From: an uncultured bacterium
GTDB taxonomy: Bacteria; Margulisbacteria; WOR-1; CAVSGV01
Direction: 5' to 3'
DNA: 64,000 bases
Assembly: GCA_963768305.1 (NCBI GenBank)
Contig: CAVYHE010000008.1
Location: 194,001 to 258,000 of the forward strand
The notes below the pieces were generated by a model, which saw nothing but the letters and a program-made list of their open reading frames with translations, searched no databases and was not told the origin of the DNA. Both the position numbers and the translations under genes were made by a program. This document shows, in pieces, positions 29,255 to 37,718 of the stretch. The stretch's first letter is position 1, and each line of letters starts with the position of its first letter.

Positions 29255-30106
29255 CTACAGTTTCGGTTGAGCGGGTTTCTTTAAATTTTTGTCTATCTTA
29301 AGCTTCATCCCTATTTTCAGGCTGTAATCGGTAAGCCCGTTCATTTCAGCGATCTCCTTGTAATAGGAAGCCGAACCGTTAAAATATTTCCTTGAAATGC
29401 TCATAAGCGTGTCTCCGGCCGCCACAGTGTGATAGACAATGGCGCTTTCTTTGGGCGTTTCAGCTGATGCAACCGCCGGCATTCCGCTTTTCTTTATGCT
29501 CAAGTCGATCTTCAATCTTGTCCCCTGCGGAACATAGCCGACGTTCTTTATATTGTTCAGTTTCGCTATTTCCATGTAATAGTCGGGGCTTCCATAATAC
29601 TTGGTTGAAATGCTGGCCAGCGTATCTCCCATCTCCACATCATGATAAACGATGTTGGATTCCGCCGTCGCTTGCGGGCTTGACGGCTGAAGATCCGGGT
29701 ATTTCTCTCTGATATCCGCGATCTTTTTCAGCACCGCATTTTCCTGGGCGGATGCCCCGCCCTCCAACGTTTTTAATTGCGAAGCCTTTTTCCCGTCCCT
29801 TGCCGCTTTTGCCTTCATGATCTTTTTGTTCAAATATTCGAGATAGTTATCCAGCTTTTCGCGCTCGTTTTCAAGTGAATTGAGCTCTGTCTGGGCTTTT
29901 TCAAGATCCGCAGCCGCTGTTTCTTGCGAAGACAAGGCATTGGGCATAACTTCGACTGAAGACGCATGGGGAATGACTTCAACTTCGGGAGTGGCAACTG
30001 TTGGCTGCGGCTCTTCCTCTATCGCGGGACCGCCCATCGCGAACGCAGCGGGTGAAACCAAAACAACCGATAGCAGTATTAGGGCAAATATGGCGCTTTG
30101 TTTCAT
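29255..30106 (-). CDS. secreted LysM-domain protein (two LysM repeats, coiled-coil)
   Basis: Signal peptide MKQSAIFALILLSVVLVSPAAFA and two LysM motifs (IVYHDVEMGDTLASIS..., IVYHTVAAGDTLMSIS...). Confidence 0.8.
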   Translation of the reverse strand: MKQSAIFALILLSVVLVSPAAFAMGGPAIEEEPQPTVATPEVEVIPHASSVEVMPNALSSQETAAADLEKAQTELNSLENEREKLDNYLEYLNKKIMKAKAARDGKKASQLKTLEGGASAQENAVLKKIADIREKYPDLQPSSPQATAESNIVYHDVEMGDTLASISTKYYGSPDYYMEIAKLNNIKNVGYVPQGTRLKIDLSIKKSGMPAVASAETPKESAIVYHTVAAGDTLMSISRKYFNGSASYYKEIAEMNGLTDYSLKIGMKLKIDKNLKKPAQPKL

Positions 30107-30188
30107 ATCGGTGCGGATTCTAGCACACTATATTTATCAAGTAAACATAGTCAATGAGAAAACTCGGGACGAGAGAAAATGAGAAAAC

Positions 30189-30262
<74 letters not shown>

Positions 30263-30277
30263 GCCACATGAATTAAC

Positions 30278-30349
30278 TGGGCGCCGTTGGGATCGAACCA
30301 ACGACCTCCTCGGTGTAAGCGAGGCATTCTACCACTGAACTAGGCGCCC
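30278..30349 (-). tRNA. tRNA-Val (anticodon TAC)
   Basis: The reverse complement has acceptor GGGCGCC/GGCGCCC and anticodon loop CTTACAC. Confidence 0.85.
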
Positions 30350-30351
30350 AC

Positions 30352-30423
30352 TGGGCGCGAGAGGGATTGAACCTCTGACTTCTTGCGTGTGAAGCAAGCG
30401 TTCTACCACTGAACTACGCGCCC
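30352..30423 (-). tRNA. tRNA-Val (anticodon CAC)
   Basis: The reverse complement has acceptor GGGCGCG/CGCGCCC and anticodon loop TTCACAC. Only 2 nt separate it from the neighbouring tRNA-Val. Confidence 0.85.
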
Positions 30424-30506
30424 GCAGCTTTCTATTTTACTCCGCCGACGGCAGGACAGGCAAGGTCTTTTCAAGAAGAATGGATTCTGGTATAATCCGC
30501 ATCTGA

Positions 30507-30947
30507 ATGATTATGACAAATATCATGCCCTATATTAACAACTTGCTTTTCATTTTTAATGGTTTTATTGATAAATTGCTCTATATAAGCAATAACTCCG
30601 ATAAGGTCATTGTCGCGATAATTTTTGCGGCGATCGTCGTTCTTGCATTGATATTTTATGTCATCATTTTCATGATAAATGATTATTCTTCCACAAAAAA
30701 ATCGGAAAAGAAAGCGCCGAGCACTCACCAGCTGCTGGTGGACCTTCAACATGAGATGCTTAAGGAATTGAAAGGCACCTCCAGGCAGAACGCGATAATG
30801 ATAGAGCTGACCGTCCTGTTCATATTGGTCTCGATCTTTGGTATCATAATCGGAATAGAAGGGCCGCAGAAAAGCATGGCAATGCTAAGGCAGGCCGGCT
30901 CTTACCTTAGCTTATTGATCAGTAATGTCATGCACGGATACAGATAA
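30507..30947 (+). CDS. hypothetical membrane protein
   Basis: 146 aa with two predicted transmembrane helices and AT-rich codon usage. Preceded by a TTCAAG...TGGTATAAT sigma-70-like promoter. Confidence 0.4.
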   Translation: MIMTNIMPYINNLLFIFNGFIDKLLYISNNSDKVIVAIIFAAIVVLALIFYVIIFMINDYSSTKKSEKKAPSTHQLLVDLQHEMLKELKGTSRQNAIMIELTVLFILVSIFGIIIGIEGPQKSMAMLRQAGSYLSLLISNVMHGYR

Positions 30948-30957
30948 GGGGGTTTTT

Positions 30958-31134
30958 ATGGGTGAAAAAAAAGAAACGTTCGAAGAGCTCATGAACAAGG
31001 TGGAGGAATTCGAGAAAACGGTCTCGGGGCTTCTGGAGAATATCAGGAAATTCAAGTCCAAGCTCTTAGACAATAAAAAGCGTTACGGGCCTGACACTTC
31101 TAAGTGGCCAGTCAACGAAGAGATCCAAAAATAA
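30958..31134 (+). CDS. small hypothetical coiled-coil protein
   Basis: 58 aa from the ATG at 30958 (MGEKKETFEELMNKVEEFEK...). The tracked ORF starts earlier, at 30925. Confidence 0.3.
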   Translation: MGEKKETFEELMNKVEEFEKTVSGLLENIRKFKSKLLDNKKRYGPDTSKWPVNEEIQK

Positions 31135-31155
31135 CTGATCCGGATCCGGGATTTC

Positions 31156-31227
<72 letters not shown>

Positions 31228-31236
31228 TGATTAAAA

Positions 31237-31566
31237 ATGAAACAAAAGCTCTATAAACTGGTCGTCTATGTCCCCCAAACCCACATTGAACAGGTAAGGA
31301 TAGCCGTATCGAATTCCGGCGGAGGGATCATCGGAAAATACGACAGCTGCTCTTTTATGACAAGCGGGATCGGTACCTACAGGCCGCTTAATGGTGCCAA
31401 GCCGTTCAAGGGAGAGATAGGAAAACTGGAAAGGGTCGGCGAAGCAAGGCTGGAGATCACCATCGCGAAAAACAAATTGAAGAAAGCCATATCAGCGATG
31501 AAAAAGGTGCACCCTTATGAGGAACCGGCTTATGATGTTTACGAACTAGCCGGTGAAAACCCTTAA
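31237..31566 (+). CDS. small PII-like-fold protein resembling the insert domain of NIF3/YqfO family (alternatively CutA-like)
   Basis: 109 aa. KLVVYVPQTHIEQVRIAV...CSF...GTYRPLNGAKPFKGEIGKLERVGEARLE...HPYEEPAYDVYEL resembles the conserved segment I recall from NIF3/DUF34 proteins. The assignment is tentative. Confidence 0.4.
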   Translation: MKQKLYKLVVYVPQTHIEQVRIAVSNSGGGIIGKYDSCSFMTSGIGTYRPLNGAKPFKGEIGKLERVGEARLEITIAKNKLKKAISAMKKVHPYEEPAYDVYELAGENP

Positions 31567-32313
31567 TTTCCCCGTCTTCGGGTTCTTCCTTACCTCAAGA
31601 TTCATCTTAAAGACATGCTTCAGGTTCTCGGCCGTAAGGACGGCATCCGGCTTTCCGAAAGCCACGACCTCGCCTTTATTGATAAGCATAAGCTTTCTGG
31701 AGAACCTGGCCGCAAGATTAAGATCGTGGAATGTCGCTATCAGCAGTTTGTCCACTCTTAAGTGCCTCAGCATCCTCAATACCTTCACCTGGAAACGGAA
31801 ATCCAGATGCGATGTGGGTTCGTCCAGGAGCAGTATCTTCGGCTCCTGCGCCAGCGCTCTTGCAATGGCCACCCTCTGGAATTCGCCGCCCGAAAGGCTC
31901 GTTACCGGAGTGTTGATGAGATTCTCCACCTTAAGGTCAATTGCGGCCTGACCCGCGACCTTGAAATCTTTCTCTGACTCAAAAGAGAACCTGCCGATGT
32001 ACGGCGTCCTGCCCAGAAGCACCGTTTCTTCCACGGTGAAACCGGATGCCGGGACCATAAGCTGGGGAACAAAAGCTATGCGTTTTGCTATCTCGTTCCT
32101 GTCTATCTTGCGTATGTCCTTCCCTCGCAGCTTGACCTGCCCGTTGCTTATAATGATAAGTCCGGCAATCGCCCTTAATAAGGTTGTTTTTCCGCAGCCG
32201 TTGGGACCGATGATGCCGATGAAGTCCCCTATGTCCGCGTCGAAATTGATGTTCTTCACGACAACATTGTTCTCATAACCTGCGTCCAGAGCCTCCACTT
32301 TCAGCATTTCCAT
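31546..32313 (-). CDS. ABC transporter ATP-binding protein (iron-siderophore/cobalamin type)
   Basis: Walker A GPNGCGKTT, ABC signature LSGGEFQRV and Walker B LLLDEPTSHLD. Confidence 0.85.
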   Translation of the reverse strand: MEMLKVEALDAGYENNVVVKNINFDADIGDFIGIIGPNGCGKTTLLRAIAGLIIISNGQVKLRGKDIRKIDRNEIAKRIAFVPQLMVPASGFTVEETVLLGRTPYIGRFSFESEKDFKVAGQAAIDLKVENLINTPVTSLSGGEFQRVAIARALAQEPKILLLDEPTSHLDFRFQVKVLRMLRHLRVDKLLIATFHDLNLAARFSRKLMLINKGEVVAFGKPDAVLTAENLKHVFKMNLEVRKNPKTGKLRVFTG

Positions 32314-33137
32314 TATAATCCCAACCTCCTTCTATGGAGCGCATTAACGAAGAACGGCAAGCTCAAGGCAACCATCATTATCCCCAGGGGGAACTCGGTC
32401 GTGAATATTATCCTTGAGAAAATATCCATCAGAATGACCAGCGATGCGGTGGCAAGCATTGAGACAGGTATCATGTATTTGTAATTGACGCCGGCGACAA
32501 GGCGGATGAAATACGGGAATATGAGCCCGGCCAGGCACATAAGCCCGCACGTGTAAGCTGCCGCCACCGAAATGAGGACTGTAATAATGAGGAGGAATGC
32601 GCGGACCTTACTTACTTCTATACCCAGCGTTCTTGCGGTGTAGACGCCGAAAGAAAGTGCGTTCATATCTTTGTAATAGAATACATATACTATAAGCCCC
32701 AGAATAGTGAAAATGGACGCGACCAAAACCTTATCCCACGTCGTTCCCGCAAGCGTTCCCAGGAACCAGGGATAGAACGAATGGACGTTCATCCCGATGA
32801 TTATCATAATCGTGAATATGACCGCGGCCACAAAATCGATCATGTAAAGGGTTTTAACGGTGAACCTGTCGATGACCCTGGTCCCGAAAATTCCCAACAA
32901 TATCGAACCTGCGAGCGCAAGCAATCCACCGGACAGGATCTCCAGTATCAAACGGGGCATCCTTTCCTGCCAGATGACGTTTGATATGTCAGGGTTTGCC
33001 GCCGGGGAGAACACGGATAAGAAGACTTTTGAAGCAGGTATCCTGGGAAGCCCCATTAAAAGGGAAAGAAAGCCAATCATCGCGATGACAATAAGAAGAA
33101 AAATAATGAACGGGACCCTGTGCTTAAGTCGGTTCAA
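32313..33137 (-). CDS. FecCD-family ABC transporter permease
   Basis: Polytopic membrane protein with FecCD-like conserved segments. At 274 aa it is somewhat short, and internal indels cannot be excluded. Confidence 0.75.
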   Translation of the reverse strand: MNRLKHRVPFIIFLLIVIAMIGFLSLLMGLPRIPASKVFLSVFSPAANPDISNVIWQERMPRLILEILSGGLLALAGSILLGIFGTRVIDRFTVKTLYMIDFVAAVIFTIMIIIGMNVHSFYPWFLGTLAGTTWDKVLVASIFTILGLIVYVFYYKDMNALSFGVYTARTLGIEVSKVRAFLLIITVLISVAAAYTCGLMCLAGLIFPYFIRLVAGVNYKYMIPVSMLATASLVILMDIFSRIIFTTEFPLGIMMVALSLPFFVNALHRRRLGL

Positions 33138-34063
33138 TTGCCCTCCTGTTTCACGCTCCCTGATTCGGGAGTCACCGGCCAGTCGTAAGCGTACGCGGCT
33201 ATTTGCTCCAGCGCGTCCACAACTCTCGGTCCGGGTCTTGAAAAAACTTCTTTATCCAGAGACATGCCCTTGGGAGTATTATATATGTCTTTGGCGCTGC
33301 CCGCAACATTTTTGCCTGTGATTATGATATCCGGTGAAAGCTTTTTCAATTCATCCTTTTTCATGGTCGGGAACATGCCTTTTCCCTTCGGGGAAATATC
33401 CGAAAAACCCGCGATCCTTAAAATATCATGTAAGTATGTCCCCTCTCCTGCCGCCGTGAGCGGTCTTTTTTTGACAACAGCGAGCGCTTTCAGTCTTCTT
33501 TCCTTTTGCCCTCGCGCTTCCACCCAATCCACGCGCCTTTTCATCCTTTGGAGCAGGCTGTATGCCGAATGCTCCTTGTTCGTCATGGTTCCGATGACCG
33601 ATATAGTATCGTATATATCTCGGAGGCTGTGAGGATCCACAGTGAACACATTGACCGGGGCAGGTCTTGCTTCATCAGTCGCTTCATTTGTCGCCGGAAT
33701 GACCATTATCTGCCGAAGTTTGGAAATATCATCCTTCTGCCCTTCCAGATTGGCAAGGATAAGGTCGGGCTTAAGCTCAATGACCTTTTTGATGTCCACC
33801 CTCTCGTCGCCGACGCTTTGGATATTTTTCGCATCAGCGGGATAGTCGCAATTCCTGGTAACGCCGACGATCTTATCTTTCAGGTTGAACGCAAAAAGGA
33901 TCTCGGTGATGGCGGGATCTATCGAGATTATTCTGGACGGTGCCTGTTCCTGTTTAATAAGGTCGCCGGACGCGTCCTTTATTTTAACGGGGTAGATTAT
34001 CCTGTTAAAGCTGATGCCGTAAGCGATCCCGGAAGTTATGGATATCGCCAACAGCAAGGTCAA
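33134..34063 (-). CDS. periplasmic substrate-binding protein, class 8 (iron-siderophore/B12-binding)
   Basis: N-terminal anchor followed by a PBP fold (RIISIDPAITEILFAFNLKDKIVGVT). Forms an operon with the permease and ATPase. Confidence 0.8.
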   Translation of the reverse strand: MTLLLAISITSGIAYGISFNRIIYPVKIKDASGDLIKQEQAPSRIISIDPAITEILFAFNLKDKIVGVTRNCDYPADAKNIQSVGDERVDIKKVIELKPDLILANLEGQKDDISKLRQIMVIPATNEATDEARPAPVNVFTVDPHSLRDIYDTISVIGTMTNKEHSAYSLLQRMKRRVDWVEARGQKERRLKALAVVKKRPLTAAGEGTYLHDILRIAGFSDISPKGKGMFPTMKKDELKKLSPDIIITGKNVAGSAKDIYNTPKGMSLDKEVFSRPGPRVVDALEQIAAYAYDWPVTPESGSVKQEGN

Positions 34064-34189
34064 TTAAGCGTTTCCTGATATTAATCGCCCCTTTCGGAGG
34101 TAATAATCATATAATCTATTTCGGAAAGAATCAACCTTTCCTTATAATTCATAATGGCAAAAAATGTCTGAGCATGGAGGCAATTTAAA

Positions 34190-34217
34190 TGAAATTTCCC
34201 GGCAAATGCGTCGATAA
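34190..34217 (+). promoter_or_regulatory. SigD/FliA-type promoter (TGAAA-N17-CGATAAT) of paralog-array copy 1
   Basis: ATGAAATTTCCCGGCAAATGCGTCGATAATAT. Confidence 0.55.
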
Positions 34218-34292
34218 TATGATTGAGGTGGCGCATGAGCGGTTCATCCCATATAGAATTATCCGGTATGACCGAAAGGAGAAGCTGATCCC

Positions 34293-35222
34293 ATGGAAGA
34301 TATAACGCCTGTAATTGGGGGAAAGGTGCCCAGGCGCTGGGCGCACGATCAGTTCCAAGAAAAAATAAGAGTGCGGCTGAGCGGTCCCCTGCATTCCGTC
34401 CTGTTACGCGGTATCCCTGTCATCATCTCATTCAGGGCGTACGCACAGGACGTTCCAAATGATATCCGCAATATCAATGAACTTTCAGAGGGCTGTACAG
34501 GAAACAGTGGCATAAGAACGAGGATATATTTCGGATCTTTGAAAAAGCGCTGACGCTGCTCTCCGCTGCAAAGATCGACCAGGAGCAACATTACAATTAT
34601 GAGTTGGACCTGGGAAAACTTGCGAACGCGTATCTTGCGGTGAATGCACTTTATAAAAAAGATGAGCCCGAGCTCCATAAAAAAGCCGTCGAATTCCTCA
34701 AGAAACCGATGAGGAGCGGGTCATTCCACTTGCTCAGGGAGACAGGCGCGGCAAGGAGGGTTTACGAATCGCCCGTTTTCATGCGTTTCAAGCGCCAATC
34801 CTGCACATTGTCCGAATTAAATGTAATGACCGGGGAATGGTTCGGGAAGCTGATCAGGGAGCTGCATGGTTCAGGCGTTCTGCTCAAGCCCGCGCTTAAA
34901 AAAGAGCTCATGGACCAGTTTACAAGCTATGAGCAGATCTTATATATGTTCTCGGAGCATCTTTTCTGCAATTACCTTGCGACTGACGGGCGATCGATGA
35001 GGCTCCTGAAAAGGTCAATGGAAGCCGCCGCCTCGGCGGCGCGGGACCCTTTGCCGAAAAAAAAGACATCATGCTGGACCTGTCCATTCTCATGCCGGAA
35101 AAATTGAAGAAGCTTAAGATAAATGAAACGAAGATCGAGGATATCATTGAATGCACGGATAACAGATCGGTGACGCAGTTCCTGGTCGAGGCCCGCGCGC
35201 TGGGAAATCGGACACTGCAATA
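34293..35222 (+). CDS. paralog-array copy 1, family Y protein of unknown function (two frame disruptions)
   Basis: Homologous over its full length to copy 4 (36851-37701). Carries the conserved NEDIFRIFEKA and GAARRVYESP motifs. There is a frame break near 34535 and another in an A8 run near 35065. The tracked ORFs 34293-34553 and 34604-35107 plus the tail to 35222 belong to one gene. Confidence 0.6.
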
Positions 35223-35245
35223 ATATAACTTTTTTCTGCTCTTGC

Positions 35246-35274
35246 TGAAATTTTCGCCCTATTTTAACGATAAT
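35246..35274 (+). promoter_or_regulatory. SigD/FliA-type promoter of paralog-array copy 2
   Basis: CTGAAATTTTCGCCCTATTTTAACGATAATATT followed by an AAGGGGG Shine-Dalgarno and the ATG at 35292. Confidence 0.55.
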
Positions 35275-35291
35275 ATTATAAAGGGGGAATT

Positions 35292-36232
35292 ATGAACAAA
35301 ATTGGGCATGCCTATTAAAGAGAAGTCTGGAAGGCTGCGTGAGAGACCAGAAGAATCCTGAGACTAATCAAAACATACATGGTCCGAAACCCATCGAGTG
35401 CTTCAAAGAGCTCATAGACCAATTTAACAATGTTAAGGCAAAATATCAATTCTGGTTGACATTTAATAAAGAGCAGGATCAGATGAAAATGGATTGGCCA
35501 AGATAATAATAAATCACCCTTACAAAAGAAGAAATTGCAGGAACTATTTAAAGGGCCATAAAGGTCAACAACCATATCGCGGTCAGAAAACTGGAGACTG
35601 TTAAATCCGCTTATTGCCTTAACCTTGAATATGACTACGAATTGGACCTCGAAAACACTCACAGAAAGATCATACCCTTATAATTCAAGAAAAAATGAGC
35701 TTGGATCAAACGCCGATAGTTTCCTGATGTCGTAAACACAGACGAAATAACAGGTATTTATGATGAGCCGCTGGGAACATTAAGGACAATGGGTGTCATG
35801 AAAAGAAAATATGATCCGCCGATATTTCCTTTCATCCCTAAATCTTGTTTCGTTGCGACCCTTACAGAAATTAAAAACATGTGCGGCGCGTGGTTTGGTT
35901 TCCATTTTGAGTTCGCCGAAAAATCAAATGTCCAATTGAATTTCCTCGGACAGGAAACATCCAACATTGAAGATCTTGCCATAAAAATTAAAAAGCATCA
36001 TCTTTCAGAGGACGGCAGGACGCTTCTGCTTTTTCAAAAAGCTGTTCGAGCGGCGATCTCGTATAACTCAGGAAGATTGACCAAGATAACCCTTGATCTT
36101 TGGCAGGTGACGCCGAAAAAGCTTGAGGAAAAAAACATCAGCGAAAAAGATGTTGAGGATTTGATTGACAATAAGGATAACGGCGCCATTATCAGATTTT
36201 TAAGGGAAAAGATCGGCGCGCTAATAATTTAA
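35292..36232 (+). pseudogene. paralog-array copy 2, family Y (N-terminal half disrupted by stops and frameshifts, C-terminal 147 aa intact)
   Basis: MNKIGHAY then a stop. Fragments RAIKVNNHIAV...EYDYELDLENTHRKII (35552-35691) and the 35789-36232 ORF align with copies 1 and 4. The antisense ORF 35315-35662 in the track is spurious. Confidence 0.55.
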
Positions 36233-36233
36233 C

Positions 36234-36767
36234 ATGCCTAAATACATGAATGTTAGAAGTGCACATGTCAAGTTGGTATACACCCGTCGACGCTATCAAA
36301 CTGTTGCGATGACCGGAATATTGCCCAAGTGCCCCGAAGATATGTCCCAAAAAATAAACCGCAAATTCGAACCGCATCTCTTTAACGCCCTGCAAAGCAA
36401 AACCTCGATATTTTTCGGGGAAACCTGCGTATCATCCTCCAGGGCCCTTGCAATGATCATACACGGATATGAAACAAGGTGCCCAAAAACCAGGATCGTT
36501 TTTTCAGATGACAAATTGAACATGCTGCTGAAAGCGATAAAGATCGCCGGCAAAGCCAACAGGAAAATTCTCGGTTCGCGCGATAAGGACTACTTATACC
36601 ACGTGCAGCTTGGAAAACTGCTTCCGACTCTGAACAAAATGGCGTCCTTTCAGCGAAAACTGAATGCTTTCAAGGGTCAGGAAAATGAAAAAGCCGCATT
36701 GACAATATTAGAGGAGATGGGCGCCATTGATTTGAAGTATTCGCCGCAAGCACCTGATTTCATATAA
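36234..36767 (+). CDS. paralog-array copy 3, family Y, C-terminally truncated variant
   Basis: 177 aa. A continuous reading frame across the region where copies 1 and 4 are broken (MIIHGYETRCPKTRIVFSDDKLNMLLKAIKIAG). Ends just after the Y-SP motif (AIDLKYSPQAP). Starts 1 nt after the copy 2 stop and has no promoter of its own. Confidence 0.55.
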   Translation: MPKYMNVRSAHVKLVYTRRRYQTVAMTGILPKCPEDMSQKINRKFEPHLFNALQSKTSIFFGETCVSSSRALAMIIHGYETRCPKTRIVFSDDKLNMLLKAIKIAGKANRKILGSRDKDYLYHVQLGKLLPTLNKMASFQRKLNAFKGQENEKAALTILEEMGAIDLKYSPQAPDFI

Positions 36768-36803
36768 TTCCCGCCTCCTCAACCCTTATTTTCCGCTTTC
36801 CAC

Positions 36804-36831
36804 TGAAATTCCCTCTTTATTTTGACGATAT
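36804..36831 (+). promoter_or_regulatory. SigD/FliA-type promoter of paralog-array copy 4
   Basis: CTGAAATTCCCTCTTTATTTTGACGATATATAT followed by a GAGGGA Shine-Dalgarno and the ATG at 36851. Confidence 0.55.
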
Positions 36832-36850
36832 ATATATAGAGGGAAAATAT

Positions 36851-37701
36851 ATGGTTATTGAACAAGCGGGCAGGGTTTTTGGCCTCGTGAGAATGAACTA
36901 CATGAGCGCCAGGATCAAAACCAGAATATCCGGAAGGTTCGAAGGTCTTCTGAAAGAAGCTTCAACCCTAAAAACGTCCGTTAGTTTTTACGGCATTATG
37001 ATACATAATGCCGGGGAATGTCCAGGGTAATCGCCGGCCGCAGATCGGACATCAATGAGGATACCCTGCATATTTTTGAGAAAGCCATTAAAACTAACAA
37101 CGCTTCATTCGCTGCGGATTATGTGTCTGAATTGGAGCTGGAAAACCTGCTTCCTCATCACCTTTCAACATATATACAGCAAAATAAATTAAATGACTTC
37201 CTGAAAAGCGAAGATCCGGCCTTATCGCTCGCCATTCTCAGAGAGTTCGGCGCGGCAAGAAGATTATATTATTCACCGATGAAATTATTCCGCGAGTCAG
37301 GATGGATCAATAATTCAAAAGATGTTTATGACCTTACGGAACACCATTTCGGCGGGCTCGTACAGAAAGCGATGGAATCGGGCATCGTAGTAAAGATCAA
37401 CTTTGGCACTGTCAAGGGAATCGAAGACCTGTCAAAGGCGATCTGGGTTAATCATCTTGCCGAGGACGGGCAAACTTTCCTAATGTTAAAAAAGGCGCTC
37501 GAAAACACTATTTCAGATGCGAAAAGGAATCAGCAAATGTTATATACTCTTGACCTTGGCTATTTGGTCCCAAGCCATGCTAAAGTAAATGGCGGCTTGA
37601 ATGACGCCATGATAGACAACATCATCGATGAAAAAGATCCCAGTATAGTGTATGGATTTCTTGTCCAATATCGGGTGCTCGATCTAAGATACCGCAGTTG
37701 A
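36851..37701 (+). CDS. paralog-array copy 4, family Y (one frame break near 37020)
   Basis: The 59-aa N-terminal ORF (MVIEQAGRVFGLVRMNYMSARIKTRISGRFEGLL...) and the 37018-37701 ORF (MSRVIAGRRSDINEDTLHIFEKAIK...GAARRLYYSP...) together align with copy 1 and copy 3. Confidence 0.6.
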
Positions 37702-37718
37702 ACGCGCCCGTCGGCGTC

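Noticed and set aside
35315-35662. 115-aa minus-strand ORF
   Set aside because: It lies antisense to the decayed copy 2 of the paralog array, whose plus-strand fragments align to the other copies. It has no Shine-Dalgarno or promoter and low-complexity composition.
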